Origin: an uncultured Acidobacteriaceae bacterium
GTDB taxonomy: Bacteria; Acidobacteriota; Terriglobia; Terriglobales; Acidobacteriaceae
Assembly (NCBI GenBank): GCA_963702295.1
Contig: CAVPCE010000087.1
Location: forward strand, 6,619-70,618
Reading direction: 5' to 3'
Length of the DNA stretch: 64,000 bases
The position numbers and the translations under genes were made by a program. Positions 31,757 to 42,385 of this stretch are shown in pieces. The notes beneath the pieces were generated by a model that saw nothing but the letters and a program-made list of their open reading frames with translations, was not told the origin of the DNA and searched no databases. Positions within the stretch are counted from its first letter, which is position 1. Each line of letters starts with the position of its first letter.

Positions 31757-31955
31757 ACGTTCCTCCGAGGGTCGGTCAGTGCGTGAGGGTGCGGATGGCG
31801 TCAGCCGTGCGACCAGGCCTCACCACTCTTGGAGCTTCCAGTGTAACGGCCCATTCAGACACGAAACCCGCCCTTGTCTTCGCCCTTCACAACGATGCTT
31901 CCGTTCTCCCGTTGCGCCCAGGGTGCAGGGCGCTCTGCACTATATTCGGAACAGC

Positions 31956-33236
31956 ATGTCTTCGGGAGACTCCGGCAAGGCCGTCCTCATCCATTTCTCC
32001 GGGCACGATCATCCCGGCCTCACTGCGGAGCTCACCCGGACGCTGGCCCGCCATCCCGTCCGCCTCCTCGACATGGGCCAGGCCATCGTTCATGAGGCCC
32101 TTTCCCTCGGCATCCTGATCGAGTTGCCGCCTGACAGCGCCCTCACCTCCCTCAAAGCCGAAATGACGGCCCGAGCCCACGAGCTCAACCTGCAGGTGCG
32201 CTTCTCCACCGTTCGCCCGGCGTCACTGCAGCACTGGCTCTCCGGTCTGCACCAGCAGCACTTCATCATCACAATCCTGGGCCGCTCTCTGACGGCGGAG
32301 CACTTCGCCCGCGTCACCGCCATTACCGCAGCCCACCAGATGAATGTGGATCGCGTCGATCGCCTTTCCGGTCAGCTCTCGCCCGACGATCCGCTCGATG
32401 GCGCCTGCGTGGAGCTCGCAGTCAGCGGTGATCCTGCCCGTGAGCCCGTCATGCGTGAAGAATTCTGGCCGCCGCCCAGGCGCTCTCCATCGATATTGCC
32501 TTTCAGCGCGAGAGCATCTTTCGCCGCAATCGGCGCCTCTTCGTCTTCGACATGGACTCCACCCTGATCCAGGCCGAAGTCATCGACGAATTAGCCAAAC
32601 TGGCCGGCGTTGGCGAGCAGGTCGCCCGCATCACCGAAGCCGCCATGCGCGGCGAACTCGATTTCGACGCAAGCTTCACCCGCCGCGTGGCCCTGCTGCG
32701 CGGACTCCCCGCCGAACGCGTCGACTCCCTCGTCGAAACCATTCCTCTCGCCGAAGGCGCTGAGCGCCTCATCCGCACCCTGCGCCTCCTCGGCTATAAA
32801 ACCGCCATTCTTTCCGGGGGATTCACCTTCTTTGCCCGCCGCCTGCAGCAGCAACTGGGCATCGATTACGTGCACGCCAACGAGCTGGAAATTGCCGACG
32901 GCGTGGTCACCGGCCGCGTCGTCCCTCCCATCGTGAATGCGGAAGGTAAAGCCGACCTCCTTCGCGCAATTGCGGCGGGCAAAACATCTCTCTGGAGCAG
33001 GTGGTCGCCGTCGGTGACGGCGCCAATGACATTCCCATGCTCAGGCTCGCTGGTATGGTATTGCCTATCGCGCCAAACCGCTGGTCCGCCAGAGCGCTCC
33101 CCAGTCCCTCTCCGCGCTCGGCCTGGATGGGCTGCTCTACCTCATCGGTGTTCGCGATCGCGACCTGCTCCCCACGAACCCGTCTGATTCCGGGCCGCGC
33201 ACCCCGAACTGTGACTTCTCTGTGTTCTCTGGGTGA
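31956..33236 (+). pseudogene. serB: phosphoserine phosphatase SerB with N-terminal ACT-like domains, three frame changes as assembled
   Basis: GKAVLIHFSGHDHPGLTAELTRTLA (ACT), then LFVFDMDSTLIQAEVIDELA (DxDST), TAILSGGFTFFA, VVAVGDGANDIPML and GIAYRAKP. Shifts lie near 32,468, 32,984 and 33,056. Confidence 0.85.
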
Positions 33237-33286
33237 GTCTGTTCCCCTATTTGTCAGCCGCGCCGCCGACGGCTACACTGCCCGGC

Positions 33287-34116
33287 ATGAAAGTCCGCCC
33301 GCCGCAAGTCCTGCTTCCCGCGCTCGCCGCCTTCCTCGTCCTGACGTTCCTGCCTCCCGCCCACGCGCAGGACTGGGCCAAAACCCGCCTCGATCCTCGC
33401 CGCGGCATCGCGAATACGTGACCCTCCACCACGATGCTCGCGCGGTTCAGGCCCTCGTCGTCTACCCCGAGGTCAAGGACAAGGCCTCCGTGGTCGTCAT
33501 GATCCATGAGATCTTCGGCCAAAGCGACTGGGCCAAAGAAATGGCCGACGAACTGGCCGCTCAGGGCCTGATCGTCGTCGAGCCCGACCTGCTCAGCGGA
33601 TTCGGCCCCAATGGCGGCGGCTCGGACGCTTTCGCCAGCCAGGACGACCGGGTCAAAGCCGTCTCCCAGCTGGATCCCGCCGTCGTGCTCGCCGACCTCG
33701 ATGCTGCTGCCGACTACGCTAAGAAAATTCCCGCAGGTAATGGCAAAATCGCGGTAATTGGATTCTGCTGGGGCGGCACTAAATCCTTCGCCTTCGCCGC
33801 CCACCGCAAAGACCTCAGCGCCGCCTTCGTCTTTTACGGATCCGGGCCGGCCGATGTCTCGCCCATCACCGCCCCGGTCTATGGCTTTTACGGCGGCAAC
33901 GATGCGCGCATCGGAGCTACCATCCCCACCACAACCGCGGCCATGAAGGCTGCCGGCAAGGTCTATGAACCCGTCACCTACGATGGCGCCGGCCATGGAT
34001 TCATGCGCGCCGGGGAAGATCCCACCAACACCAATCCCGCCAACAAGACAGCGCGCGATCAGGCCTTCGCCCGCCTGACCAAACTCCTCCATGACCTGGG
34101 CCCCGCCGCAAAATAA
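33287..34116 (+). pseudogene. dienelactone hydrolase family protein, one frame change as assembled
   Basis: Signal peptide MKVRPPQVLLPALAAFLVLTFLPPAHAQ. After a shift near 33,405 the sequence reads VVVMIHEIFGQSDWAKEMADELAAQG, IAVIGFCWGG and YDGAGHGF. Confidence 0.75.
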
Positions 34117-34229
34117 TCGTGAGCGGCTGGGCATGGATGTCAGGGCACCGCTTCATTCGGCGCGCGCAAAATCTGAAGACGAGTCCCTGCACCCTCCACC
34201 TGCACCCCGCTCCCTGTACCCTGTATCCC

Positions 34230-34933
34230 GTGAACAAAGTCGTTCCCTCCGCCGCCGCCGCCGTCGCCGACATCCCCTCCGGCGCCACGATTATGTTTGG
34301 CGGATTCGGACTCTGCGGCATCCCCGAAAATCTCATCGCCGCCCTCGTCGACGAACACCACCGCCGCGGCCTCAACGGCCTCCACACCATCTCCAACAAC
34401 ATGGGCATCGATGGAACCGGATGGGCCTCATGCTCCAGGCCGGCATGGTCGTCTCTCACACTGGTTCTTATGTCGGCGAGAACAAGCTCCTCGAAGAAAA
34501 AGTTCTTAAGGGCGAGCTCGATCTCCGCCTCATCCCTCAGGGCACGTTAGCGGAGCGCATTCGAGCGGGCGGCGCCGGCATTCCCGCCTTCTACACGCCC
34601 GCCGGCGTCGGCACCCTCGTCGCCGAAGGCAAAGAAACGCGTGAGTTCGACGGCCGCCCCTACCTCCTCGAAGCCTGGCTTCGCGCCGACTTCGCGCTCG
34701 TCAAGGCCTGGAAAGGCGACCACGCCGGCAACCTCATCTACCGCTACACGGCCCGCAATTTCAATCCCATGATGGCCACCGCCGCACGCATCACCATCGC
34801 TGAAGTTGAAGAGCTGGTCCCCACCGGCTCCCTCGACCCCGACCAGATCCACACCCCCGGCATCTACGTCCAGAGCATCCTCCAGGGCCCCCACTACGAA
34901 AAACGCATCGAGAAGAGAACTCTGCGCCAATAA
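34230..34933 (+). pseudogene. CoA transferase subunit A (3-oxoacid CoA-transferase A-like), one frame change as assembled
   Basis: [39 protein letters not shown]...NNMGIDGTG | [10 protein letters not shown]...SYVGENK...AGGAGIPAFYTP...YVQSI. There is a 1-nt deletion near 34,420. GTG start. Confidence 0.8.
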
Positions 34934-34950
34934 ATCTGTCCCCATAAGAC

Positions 34951-35120
34951 CGTCATCCCGAGCCAAGCGCCGGGAAGGATCCCTCCTTCGATGTGCAAAG
35001 CGTCCCGCCGCGCAGGCGAAGAACCCCCGTAGCGAAACGAGCAGCAGGCGTCATCGCAGCCGTTCGCGCAGAGGGATCGGTGGCGCAGCCCGCCGAAAAA
35101 AATCTCAAGCGGTGAAGAGT
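34951..35120 (+). repeat. GTCATCCTGAGCG-family intergenic repeat, copy B (diverged)
   Basis: GTCATCCCGAGCCAAGCGCCG ... CCCCGTAGCGAAACGAG ... GAGGGATCGGTGGCGCAGCCCGCCGAAAAAAATCTCAAGCGGTG. Starts 18 nt after the CoA-transferase stop. Confidence 0.75.
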
Positions 35121-35206
35121 TTTTCCCAGGAGAGAACGACTGCTCCTGCTTACCTGTACCCCGTAACCTGTACCCCGCACCCTGCTCCCTGTAACCTAAC
35201 CACTGC

Positions 35207-35853
35207 ATGTCCGAAAAGATTGTCGCCGACCTCGCCCGCTTCATCATCGCCGTCATCTCTGCTTCCGGCTACGCCGGAGTCGCCCTGCTCATGGCGATCG
35301 AGTCCGCCTGCATTCCGCTCCCCAGCGAGATCATCATGCCTTTCGCCGGCTACCTCGTGCACACCGGACGCCTTTCCCTCATCGGCGTCGCCACTGCCGG
35401 AGCCCTCGGCTGCAATCTCGGGTCCCTCATCGCTTACTGGATCGGCGCGTACGGCGGCCGCCCCTTCATTACCCGCTACGGCCGCTTCGTCCTCCTCGAT
35501 GCCCACGATCTCGCCCGCGCCGAGCGCTTCTTCGCCCGCTTTGGCGGCATCACGGTCTTCATCGGACGCCTTCTGCCCATCGTCCGCACCTTCATCGCCC
35601 TCCCCGCCGGTATCGCCCGCATGCCCCAGTTGCGCTTCCACCTCTACACCTTCATAGGTCCTGGCCCTGGTGCTTCGTCCTTGCTTGGTTCGGCATGAAA
35701 CTCGGCCAGGCCTGGGATACCGACCCCCGCTTCAAAGCCGCCTTCCACCGCCTTCACCTCGGCATGGAACTCATCCTCCTCGCCGCCTTCATCTGGTTCC
35801 TCTGGACCCACTGGCGCCACCGCATCCGCCCCCAAGAAAATCGGCCGTCATAA
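35207..35853 (+). pseudogene. DedA-family membrane protein, one frame change as assembled
   Basis: GYAGVALLMAIESACIPLPSEIIMPFAGYL...GRPFITRYGRF...FFARFGGITVFIGRLLPIVRTFIALPAGIARM, then after a shift near 35,655 SWPWCFVLAWFGMKLG... Confidence 0.8.
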
Positions 35854-35880
35854 CAAATCGGCTGTCATCACAAAACACCT

Positions 35881-36085
35881 GTCATCCTGAGCGGAGCGCC
35901 GCCGAGATCTTTCCAGCGGTCGAGGATATCGCCCGGCGCGGAGTCGAAAGTGAGCCAGTCGGCGGAAGCCGGCGAGTCGAACGGGGACCCCGTAACGAAA
36001 CGAGAGGCACGCATCACGATGGCTCTTAGCGCGGAGGGAATCGGTCGCGCAGCGCCGACAAAATCTCAGGCGTTGCAGGTTTCGC
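35881..36085 (+). repeat. GTCATCCTGAGCG-family intergenic repeat, copy C (with ~33-bp internal duplication)
   Basis: Carries the head, CCCGGCGCGGAGTCGAA (duplicated as GGCGAGTCGAA) and GGAGGGAATCGGTCGCGCAGCGCCGACAAAATCTCAGGCGTTGCAG. Preceded by two GTCAT(A/C)ACAAA half-heads. Confidence 0.8.
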
Positions 36086-36195
36086 TCTGCCACTTCGCGG
36101 TGCATGGAGCCGTCGAGAAAGATCCAACCCTGGACGCTCTCCCTTCCGCGCGACCCCTCCTGCTCCCGTGTAAACTCCCCCCTCAGGAGTCCTCC

Positions 36196-37767
36196 ATGTC
36201 CCAAATCATGACAGGGATCATCCGCCTCTCGGCCGTCCTGTTGGCCACTTCCTCCCCGCTCCTCTTCGCCGCCGATTGCCCCAGCCTCAAAACCGTGCAT
36301 CTCCCCAACGCCACCATCACCCTCGCTGAGACCGTCACTTCCGGCGCCCTCAAGCCCGCTGATGCCCCGCCCCTGCACGACCTCCCCGCCTTCTGCCGAG
36401 TCGCTGGCGAACTCCATCCCACCCCCGACTCCCGCATTCGCTTCGAAGTCTGGCTCCCCACCGACAACTGGAACGGCCGCCTCCTCGGCACCGGCAACGG
36501 CGGTTTTGCCGGGTCCATCTATTACCAGCAGTTCGCCAGCTATCTCAAGCGCGGCTTCGCGGTCTCCGGCACCGACGCCGGACACCAGGCTGAAAGCACC
36601 GACGCCAGCTGGGCCTTCAATCATCCCGAGAAAATCAAGGACTTCGGCTGGCGCGCCATCCACCTCTCCGCCGAAGCAGCAAAGCAAATCGCCGGCGCCT
36701 TCTACGGCAAGCCCGCCGGCAAGTCCTACTTCGATGCCTGCTCCGACGGCGGCCGCGAAGCCCTCATGGAAGCTCAGCGTTTCCCCGACGACTACGACGG
36801 CATCCTCGCCGGAGCTCCCGCCAATGCCTGGTCCACCATGGTGGCCGCCGGTGCCGGAGCCATGCAGGCGCTCATGGACAATCCCGCCGCGTACATTCCC
36901 GGTCGCAAGCTCGCCTTCGTGGAAAAGGCCTCTCTCGCCGCCTGCGATGAGCTCGACGGCGTCAAGGATCACGTCATCGGCGATCCTTCAAAATGCCACT
37001 TCGATCCGCAGGTTCTCCTCTGCAAAGGCGACGACGCCTCCGACTGTCTCACTCAACCGCAGATCGATGCCGTCAAAGCGATCTATGTCGGAACCAAAGA
37101 CCAACAAGGCGCGCTCATCTTCCCAGGCTTCACCCCAGGCGACGAAACCAGCTGGAAAGTCTGGCTCATCGGAGATGATCCCGGTTTCGCACTCGGTCCC
37201 CGCTTCGTCGAGAACTACTTCCGCTACATGGTCACCGGCGATCCCAAAGCCAACATCCTCGCTGCCAGCGTCGACGACCTCCTCCGCCAGTTCGGGCGAA
37301 AGAAGCCGACAACCTCGACGCCACCAATCCCGACCTGAGCCGCTTCGCCGCGCGCGGCGGCAAGCTCATCCTCTATCACGGCTGGAACGACCCCGCGATC
37401 TCCCCGTACAACACCGTCGCGTACTTCGAGCATGTCGAAAAGCAAATGGGCGCGGACAAAATCGACACCTTCGCCCGCCTCTACATGATTCCCGGCATGG
37501 AGCATTGCGCCCAGGGCCCCGGCGCTGGCGCCTTCGGTCAATTCGGCATGGAATCCGCGGCGACCACCAAATACGGCCTCTTCGACTCCCTCCAGAACTG
37601 GGTCGAGAAAGGTTCCCCCGACGCAACCGTCATTGCTACCAAATACAAAGAAGGCAAGAACGGCGCGATGGAGCCCGACTTCACGCGCCCCTCTGCGCCT
37701 GGCCCAAGTAGCCCGCTACAACGGCTCCGGCGACCCCAACGCAGCCGCTAACTTCACCTGCCAATAA
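36196..37767 (+). pseudogene. tannase/feruloyl-esterase-family alpha/beta hydrolase, two frame changes as assembled
   Basis: Signal peptide, then FEVWLPTDNWNGRLLGTGNGGFAG, YFDACSDGGREALMEAQRFPDDYDGILAGAPA, LILYHGWNDPAISP, IPGMEHC and a C-terminal CAWPK|VARYNGSGDPNAAANFTCQ. Shifts lie near 37,300 and 37,705. AGGAG precedes ATG 36196. Confidence 0.8.
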
Positions 37768-37801
37768 CAAATGTCATCCCGACCGAAACGCAAAAACAAA
37801 T

Positions 37802-37960
37802 GTCATCCTGAGCGAAGCGCCGAGTAAGATCTTTCATGCGGTGCACGCTGCCTCCCGGCGCGAAGTCGGATGGACCCCCGTAGCGAAAAGCGTCACGACG
37901 GCTCGAAGCGCGGAGGGAATCGGTCGCAAAGCGGCCGACAAAATTCAAGCGGTGCAGTCG
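37802..37960 (+). repeat. GTCATCCTGAGCG-family intergenic repeat, copy D
   Basis: GTCATCCTGAGCGAAGCGCCG...CCCGGCGCGAAGTCGGATGGACCCCCGTAGCGAAAAG...GGAGGGAATCGGTCGCAAAGCGGCCGACAAAATTCAAGCGGTGCAG. A half-head, ATGTCATCCCGACC, lies at 37771-37784. Confidence 0.8.
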
Positions 37961-38165
37961 TAACTGAACCGAGCGAACACTCCCCCCTCGCCAGCCGCCG
38001 AAAGAAACCCAAACTCTGGCAGGTCTCGAGCCCATCGAGCGCACCCGTTGAATCCATTCAATCGCTACCGCGACCTTTAGTCATTTGCCATTCCCCCAGC
38101 CCCGCGAGACACTACCTGTTTGAACTCCATCATTTTTTCTCCCCCGAAAAAAGAAAGGCATTCGT

Positions 38166-39490
38166 ATGACTGAAAATAAAAAGCCGGCGATTCAGCCGGC
38201 CACGGGAAAACTCGGGGTCATGACCGTCGGCATGGGTGCCGTCGCCACCACCCTCATCGCCGGCGTTGAAGCGGTCCGCAAAGGTCTCGCCAAGCCCATC
38301 GGCTCCGTCACTCAGATGGGCACCATCCGCCTCGGCAAGCGCACCGACAACCGCACTCCCTCTCATCAAAGAATTCGTTCCCCTCGCCGACCTCAACGAC
38401 ATCGTCTTCACCGGCTGGGACATCTTCCCCGAGGACATGTACGAGGCCGCCGCGCACGCCGCTGTCCTCGACAAGGATCAGCTTCAGCGCATCAAGCCTT
38501 TCCTCCAGGCCATCAAGCCCATGCCCGCCGTCTTGACCAGTACTACGTCAAGCGCCTCAACGGCACCCACGTCAAGACCGGCAAGTCCAAGTGCGATCTG
38601 GCTCAGCAGCTTCGATCCCGACATCCAGAAATTCAAGTCGCAGGTCGATCGCGTCGTCGTGATCTGGTGCGGCTCGACGGAAATCTTCCTCGAGCCGGCC
38701 GCCGTGTCACCAGTCCATCGCGGCGTTTGAAAAGGGCTCACCGACAACGACCCCGCCATCGCTCCGTCGCAGATCTACGCCTACGCCGCCCTCAAAGAAG
38801 GCGTGCCCTTCGCCAACGGCGCGCCGAACCTCACCGTCGATCTGCCCTGCATGATCGAGCTCTGCCGAGCAGACCGGCGCGCCCATCTGCGGCAAGGACT
38901 TCAAAACCGGCCAGACCCTGATGAAGACCGTTCTCGCGCCCGCCTTCAAAGCCCGCATGTTAGGCGTAGCCGGCTGGTACTCCACCAACATCCTCGGCAA
39001 CCGCGACGGCGAAGTCCTCGACGACCCCGAGTCCTTCAGGACCAAGGAAGAATCCAAGCTCGGCGTCCTCGACTACATCCTCCAGCCGGATAAGTACCCC
39101 GACCTCTACGGCAACATCTACCACAAGGTCCGAATCAACTATTACCCGCCCCGCGGCGACAACAAAGAAGGCTGGGACAACATCGACATCTTCGGATGGC
39201 TCGGCTATCCCATGCAGATCAAGGTCGACTTCCTCTGCCGCGACTCCATCCTCGCCGCCCCCATCGCGCTCGACTTGGTCCTCTTCCTCGACTTGGCCCA
39301 GCGCAGCCGGAACTCCGCAGTCTCGGCATTCAGGAGTGGCTCAGCTTCTTCTTCAAGAGTCCGCAGATCCGCTCCCGGCCTCTATCCCGAGCATGACCTC
39401 TTTATTCAGTCGATGAAACTCAAGAACACCCTCCGCCACATCATGGGCGAAGACCTCATCACCCACCTCGGCCTCGAGTACTACGACTGA
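38166..39490 (+). pseudogene. ino1: inositol-3-phosphate synthase (myo-inositol-1-phosphate synthase), at least six frame changes as assembled
   Basis: Pieces in alternating frames: GKLGVMTVGMGAVATTLIAG; LIKEFVPLADLNDIVFTGWDIF; FDQYYVKRLNGTHV; VVVIWCGSTEIF; HQSIAAFEKG; IYAYAALKEGVPFANGAPN; GKDFKTGQTLMKTVLAPAFKARMLGVAGWYSTNILGNRDG...LCRDSILAAP. Confidence 0.8.
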
Positions 39491-39498
39491 GAACAAAC

Positions 39499-39662
39499 GT
39501 CATCCTGAGCGAAGCGCGGCCACACCACTTCCAGCGTTGAAGAATTTGTCGCCGCGCGCAGCCGAAGGACCCCGTAGCAAAGTGAGAGGCTCGCATCACC
39601 CCATCTCTCCGCGCGTAGGGAATCGGTCGCGCGGCGACCAATAAAGATCTCGAGCGTTGCGC
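39499..39662 (+). repeat. GTCATCCTGAGCG-family intergenic repeat, copy E
   Basis: GTCATCCTGAGCGAAGCGCGG...GACCCCGTAGCAAAGTGAG...CCGCGCG-TAGGGAATCGGT-CGCGCGG (7-bp stem)...AAAGATCTCGAGCGTTGCGC. Starts 9 nt after the ino1 stop. Confidence 0.8.
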
Positions 39663-39707
39663 AAACTCGACGGCTCTAACCGCCGCACACCGTCGCCCGG
39701 CCCCTCG

Positions 39708-40742
39708 TTAAATCACCACCGCCTGCGCATACGCCCCCAGCGGTAATCGGAGCGCCGCCGAGGTGTAACCCACCTTCTGGTTCCGGATCGCCACCGTGTT
39801 CGCCAGCACCGCATTATCCGGCGCGCTCCGATGCTGCGGCAGCCCCCACGGCACCACCTGCCATGACTCATGCGTCTGCCCCAACGGATCGAACGGAGCC
39901 GCTCCAGTTGCCGCCGCCAGCGCCGTCTCGTCAAACTGCATACCGCACGCCATCGCTTTGTCGATCATCCAACGCAGCGTGATATTCGACAGCGCCTCCT
40001 CCGCATAACTTCCACCCACATCGCAGTGCACCCCCGGAAACCACACCTGCGTCACCTGCGCATCGTTCGCCCGCGCACTCCCATCGGATTCGTCCACAGC
40101 GTCGGCATAAACGAATGCCCGCCGCTCGTCCAGAGCAATCGCGTGGTATGCGTTCTGCACCTTCGTGCTCAGCGTCGTGTCCAGAAACCCATACTTCGCC
40201 TGATCGAAGGCCGTGAACAGAGGTCCAGGAATCCCCAGCGAGCCCCACCGTATCCCACACGCCGACCATCCGGATCTTCACATCCATCATCCCGTACTGC
40301 GCCGTCAGCTGCGCCTTCATCGCCGCCCGCTTCGCCGGCCCCGTCGTGCGATACGCGCTGAAGATGCTCTGCACCGTCTGGTTGTCGAGATTCTTCGTCG
40401 GCACCCCAAACCCCGCAATCATTCCCCCAGCGACCGAGCGGTGTACGCCCCCGGCTGAACCCGAACAGATAGATCTCGTCCCCCGGATCCCACACATACG
40501 CCAGAAACGCATAGCCGTCCTGCACCTTCTGGAACAGGCCGTCGCCCAGAGTTCCGCCAAAAAAGTGCTCAAACGGGCTCCCATCCGTCCCCACGCCGCT
40601 GTCGTAGTACTTCAGCTGCGAATCGTCATCGTTCGCCAGCAGAAACAGCTTGCGCACATTCGTGTCGTTCGGCATTCTCCGCCGGACCATGCGGCGTATT
40701 CCACGTTCCATCCGCGCAAAGCACAATCCTTTTGCTCATCAT
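39708..40742 (-). pseudogene. DUF2235 (Tle1-like) alpha/beta hydrolase, at least three frame changes as assembled
   Basis: MSKRIVLCADGTWN, NVRKLF...YYDSGVGT, IYLFGFSRG|AYTARS, VGVWDTVG, ALDERRAFV, WFPGVHCDVGG. Confidence 0.7.
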
Positions 40743-41125
40743 CCCCCCGGGTTGGGAATATGGTTCGACGTGATGCGAAGGCCTGGGCGCGACGATCCAC
40801 CAACCAGCAACCTGCGAACAGGGAAAGTGCCATCCAGGAAAGTGCAAACCAGTGTGCCTGAATCCGCTCACACCGCGCACCAGGAATCCGCACCCTCCCC
40901 ACGCCCGGCACCCGGCTCGTTACCGTGGTCATCGGCGCGCCCACATGGATACCCACCCCTGCTCCCTGTGAAACGTTCCGCAACTTTGCCCCACCATCTC
41001 TTGAGAAGTTTGCGCCTGCGATTCTTTTCCGGATTGCCAGATCAGGAGTACGATGATCTCCCCATCCTCCTGCGGCACGATAGGGTGCGTCTTCGTTCGA
41101 GTTACCCGCGATCGGACGGCTCACT

Positions 41126-42385
41126 ATGTCTCTTCGATCCTGTTGTTGCGCGTTGTGGATCTTCCCTGTGGCCGGTTCTCTGGCCCTGGCCCAGAACATC
41201 GCGTCCCAGGCCCAGCGCCAGCCCGTTCCCGATTTCAAAGGCAAAACGCTGCAGCAGGTGCAGGCCGCCGCCATCGTCCCCGGCACAAAGCGGCGTCTGT
41301 TTGCCGCAATCGAGATCGCAGGGTCCTGCAAACGGCGTCGTTACCGCGCAGACACCCGCTCCCGGCGCCTACGTGATTCCGGGAGAAGTTCCGCTCCGTC
41401 TCACTCTTGGCACCCCGCCGCCCGGAATCCTCCAAACCTTCCTGCAGGCCTTCGCGAATGGCCAGAAAAACGGCCAGCAGAACGTGCAGGTGCCCCCTGT
41501 CACCGGTCAGAACCGAACCATGGCCTCCCATACCCTCAGGCCGCGCATCTCCGCCCCGTCTTCCAGGGCAATGAAGCCGGCCTCGTCGCGCAGCAGTCAC
41601 CCCCCGCCGGAACGTCGGTCCATCAGGGGACTGCCGTGACGCTCACTCTGGCTCTTCCGCAGACCACCGTGCCTCTGGTTGTGGGAAAGAACCTTGCCGA
41701 AGCAACCGCAGCACTCAATGCCGCTTCCCTCCGCATCGGCAACATCACTGGCGCGAATACCGACACCATCACCTTCGTCTCTGTTCAGACTCCGCCCGCC
41801 GGCACCCCGGTCGATCCAGGCACGAGCGTCGACCTCACCCTCACCACCCCTGCCGTGCCTCCTCCAGTACCGCTGGTCTCTGTCCCCGATCTGCGTCAGT
41901 TGACCCCTGCCCAGGCCTCTGCCCTTTTGGCCAGTGTCGGCCTCCAGCTCGGTAGGGTGACAGGTCCGAAAGGCCGCGTCAGCAGCCAGCAACCCGTTCC
42001 CAATACCCACGTGCGTTCCGGTACCGCCGTCGACATCACAATGGTCGCCCCTCCCGTCCTCCAACCCCAGCCCCCTCCGGCAACGGACACCCAGGAAACC
42101 CCATCGACCATCCCGCCGCCCGTGCCCCATATCCCCACCTGGGTCATCGTCCTCGCCTCCGCAGGCGGCCTCGGCCTCGTCACAGCGGGCACCGCCGGGA
42201 TCGTCCACCATTTTCTATCGCCGCCCTCCACCGCCTACAGCCTCCGCACGGCCAAAGCGGCCCCCAAGACCCTCATCCACAACCAGCCGTCTCTCAACTG
42301 GCGGCTCACCGTGCGCGACGGCCGCCCTGCCGCGCAATCCATTGTTGACCGCGAACCCGCGGTCGCGCGAAGGAGAGTCCAATGA
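41126..42385 (+). pseudogene. PASTA-repeat membrane protein without kinase or PBP domain; frame changes in the first repeats as assembled
   Basis: Signal peptide MSLRSCCCALWIFPVAGSLALAQ. PASTA-like units follow: VPDFKGKTLQQVQAAA..., VPPVTGQ..., VPLVVGKNLAEATAALNAASLRIGNITG...VQTPPAGTPVDPGTSVDLTL and VPDLRQLTPAQASALLASVGLQLGRVTG...VRSGTAVDITM. After them come a Pro-rich linker, one TM helix (WVIVLASAGGLGLVTAGTAGIV) and a ~65-aa tail. Confidence 0.6.
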
